This document shows positions 61,704 to 64,000 of a DNA stretch of 64,000 bases, one piece after another. Under the pieces are notes generated by a model that worked only from the letters and a program-made list of their open reading frames with translations, was not told the DNA's origin and did not search any database. The position numbers were made by a program, and so were the translations under genes. Position 1 is the stretch's first letter. Each line of letters begins with the position of its first letter. The DNA is from an uncultured archaeon (GTDB lineage: Archaea > Asgardarchaeota > Lokiarchaeia > Sigyniarchaeales > SOKP01), in assembly GCA_964388035.1 (NCBI GenBank), contig CAYLZE010000002.1, positions 1 through 64,000 of the forward strand, given 5' to 3'.

Positions 61704-62261
61704 TCATAGGAATTGTGATAAATTGCTCCTTGTACTAATTACTTCCTCAAAACCGAGCCCTTTCATGAAAGTATAAGCAATCTTATTTTCTGAAAATACC
61801 TTGCATTTTAATTTCTTAGTATTATTGCTCTTAAAGAAATCCCAAGCAGCGATTCCTAATGCAGTTCCAATCCCATCGTGCCGATTTTCGGATAAAACAC
61901 CGATGCCCACGATATTTCCCGTTTTTAGATAATTCTCTTCTATTTTTAATATGATGAATCCTATATCTATTGCGTTTTTACTGGCGATCAGGAAAGATAT
62001 ATTGGGATTTTTTAGGGAATTGGATAAGGTGGATGATTTTATAGGAGTAAACGGCATTGTAGCAACGGACCAAGAAGTATTGTAAAGATATTGTAATGTA
62101 TCAATATCCTCTTTAGAAGCGACCCGAATTTTTAGTTCCATGAGAGATCTTGCATATTTTTTCCGTATAGAATCCTCAAACTTGGGTGTGATTTTATTGG
62201 CAGAAAGTTCCATTTCAATGAAATGCTTACCACTTTTTGCATCGATTAGAGAATTTTCCAT
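61704..62261 (-). CDS. GNAT N-acetyltransferase
   Basis: IGVLSENRHDGIGTAL; N..AYTFMKGLGF. Confidence 0.85.
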   Translation of the reverse strand: MENSLIDAKSGKHFIEMELSANKITPKFEDSIRKKYARSLMELKIRVASKEDIDTLQYLYNTSWSVATMPFTPIKSSTLSNSLKNPNISFLIASKNAIDIGFIILKIEENYLKTGNIVGIGVLSENRHDGIGTALGIAAWDFFKSNNTKKLKCKVFSENKIAYTFMKGLGFEEVISTRSNLSQFL

Positions 62262-62557
62262 TGCATCAAAATGGCGAGTAAAAGAATCCTTTTTTTGCTT
62301 AAACCAATTCTTAAATTTTTATAACATTACAATTTATAGGTTTAAAGAGAGTTTCTTTATATTAAAGAAAATAATAAGTTCTTTATATTAAAATAAGCGG
62401 AAATGCATAATAATCAGAATAAAATTATTAAAGGAAATTTCGGTTGTTTCCTTATAATTTTGTAATATATTATTATTTAGTAGGGAATAGAAATTTTTAA
62501 ATTTCCTTAAAGCGTAAATAAGATTATTAACCAATAATAAAAAAGAGTGAAAAAAAG

Positions 62558-62959
62558 TTGTTTGAAATAGTAATAGCTATATTACAGATTTTAATCGGAA
62601 TAGGTTTTATAGGTTTTTGGCTGATGTTTTATTTTACCGAATATAATCCTGAAAAGCGAAAGATGGACGAGGTTTCATATAAACATGAATTATCTTTTCC
62701 TCTTCCAGATTTGGGATGGGTTACTCCATGTTTATTTATTGCAGCCATTGCCCTTCTTTTGGGACAACGGATTGGTTATTTCTTTAGCGCTTTAGCGGGT
62801 GCAGGGATGATATTTTTGGGGCTAATTGATTTTGCATTCGATTTGCAGAATAAGGTGTTTAAAAAGCGGGACATGGACATGTACATGGCGGTTTTCATTA
62901 TTGCACTCGTTTTAATTTTCGGTCCGATCTTTATCGTATATGCGTGGGTGAATTTATAA
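62558..62959 (+). CDS. Small 4-TM membrane protein
   Basis: Four hydrophobic helices; HELSFPLPD. Confidence 0.7.
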   Translation: MFEIVIAILQILIGIGFIGFWLMFYFTEYNPEKRKMDEVSYKHELSFPLPDLGWVTPCLFIAAIALLLGQRIGYFFSALAGAGMIFLGLIDFAFDLQNKVFKKRDMDMYMAVFIIALVLIFGPIFIVYAWVNL

Positions 62960-63010
62960 GCTCTCTGTCTTAATAAATAGCAAGGAATTATAAGTAAGAG
63001 TGATGAAAAT

Positions 63011-63862
63011 ATGGTAAAGGAAAAATTAATCGCAACCCAACCGTTTAAAAACAAGACTGCAATAGTATGTGGTGGTTCTACAGGCATGGGGAAAGCCGTG
63101 GCAAAACAAATCGCACAATTAGGAGGAAACGTGTGTATAATCGCCAGAAGGATGGATGTGTTGAAGGAAGCCGCAAGTGAAATTGAAAGTGTAAAAAGTG
63201 CTGCTTCCACTTTTGTAGAGATAATCTCTTGTGATACTACTGATATGGATAAATTAAAGCCCCTATTAGAGGATTTTATAACCAAGCATGGTATTCCAGA
63301 TTATTTGTTCAATGCCGTGGGATTTGCCATCTCAAAGTACGTTCAAGATTATACCCTTGATGATTTTAAAAATAACATGAATGTCAACTACTATGGGCAA
63401 CTTATACCTACAATAATCTTGTTACCTCATTTCATGAAAGAGAAGAGAGGGCATATTATCTTTTTTTCTAGCATGATGGGATATTTTGGAATAATGGGAT
63501 ACGCAGCTTATACTCCTACGAAGCATGCCTTGGTGGGATTATCTGAATCTCTACGGAATGAATTAATACCTTATAACATCAAAATCTCGGTGGTTTATCC
63601 TCCCGATACTAATACTCCTGGATTGAAAACAGAAAATGAGATAAAACCAGAAGAATGCAAAATGATGTCTGAAGGTGCCAAGATGTTGGAGCCGGATGAG
63701 GTAGCAAACGTTGTAATATCAGGCGTCTTAAAAGAAAAGTTTAACATCTTACCGGGAGAAGCAAAATTAATCTGGAGGCTTTTCCGTCATTTTCCAAAAA
63801 TCGTGAGATCCGTCATCGATAGTGATTATAAAAAAGCGCGAAAGAAATTAGGCAAGGAATAA
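63011..63862 (+). CDS. SDR, 3-ketodihydrosphingosine reductase (KDSR)-like subfamily
   Basis: GGSTGMG, YTPTK, YPPDTNTPGLKTENEIKP. Confidence 0.8.
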   Translation: MVKEKLIATQPFKNKTAIVCGGSTGMGKAVAKQIAQLGGNVCIIARRMDVLKEAASEIESVKSAASTFVEIISCDTTDMDKLKPLLEDFITKHGIPDYLFNAVGFAISKYVQDYTLDDFKNNMNVNYYGQLIPTIILLPHFMKEKRGHIIFFSSMMGYFGIMGYAAYTPTKHALVGLSESLRNELIPYNIKISVVYPPDTNTPGLKTENEIKPEECKMMSEGAKMLEPDEVANVVISGVLKEKFNILPGEAKLIWRLFRHFPKIVRSVIDSDYKKARKKLGKE

Positions 63863-63917
63863 AAGAATTATTTTTTTTATCTATTTTTTACACCATAGGA
63901 AGTTATAATACAGGAAG

Positions 63918-64000
63918 ATGGAAAATTCTGAATTTAATGTTTGGAAAAGAAAATCTCATAAAGAGATATCCGAGCTTTCTATTGAAGTAAGTCACGTTTT
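63918..64000 (+). CDS. Start of an ORF running off the window end
   Basis: AGGAAG-ATG then MENSEFNVWKRKSHKEISELSIEVSHV, open to the end. Confidence 0.4.
   Translation, partial: MENSEFNVWKRKSHKEISELSIEVSHV

Noticed and set aside
1-64000. CRISPR arrays, rRNA, tRNA, intact transposases or integrases
   Set aside because: No regularly spaced repeats, structured GC-rich RNA-like tracts or transposase ORFs noticed by eye; tRNAscan-SE and Infernal would be needed to exclude small RNAs

Overview
Strongly AT-rich archaeal DNA, very probably Asgard archaea of the Lokiarchaeia/Promethearchaeota type. This is inferred from the many Rag/Arf/Rab-like small GTPases, longin/uDENN/roadblock-like domains, TrmB and GPH-family transporters. 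The flanks (about 1-7.7 kb and 44-64 kb) hold ordinary accessory genes: transporters, nitroreductases, an MNT-HEPN toxin-antitoxin pair, hydrolases, SDRs and several gene relics. The centre (about 8-43.6 kb) is a ~35 kb signalling island. It interleaves 7 soluble PAS/GAF histidine kinases and 4 response regulators with 9 small GTPases and longin/uDENN proteins. Several genes physically fuse the two worlds. The best candidate for a new system is 19847..20491: a FLCN/SMCR8-like longin domain with the 'ARG' arginine-finger motif fused to a His-less HisKA (DHp) helical hairpin. It is divergently paired with an RHH-DHp-REC regulator. Other fusions are uDENN-Rag-roadblock, Rag-wHTH(-longin), and a GTPase with a Pro-rich/WH2-like tail. 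The hypothesis is a phosphorelay wired to Rag-like GTPase switching. All domain calls are by eye from motifs; no searches were run. No rRNA, tRNA or CRISPR array was seen.
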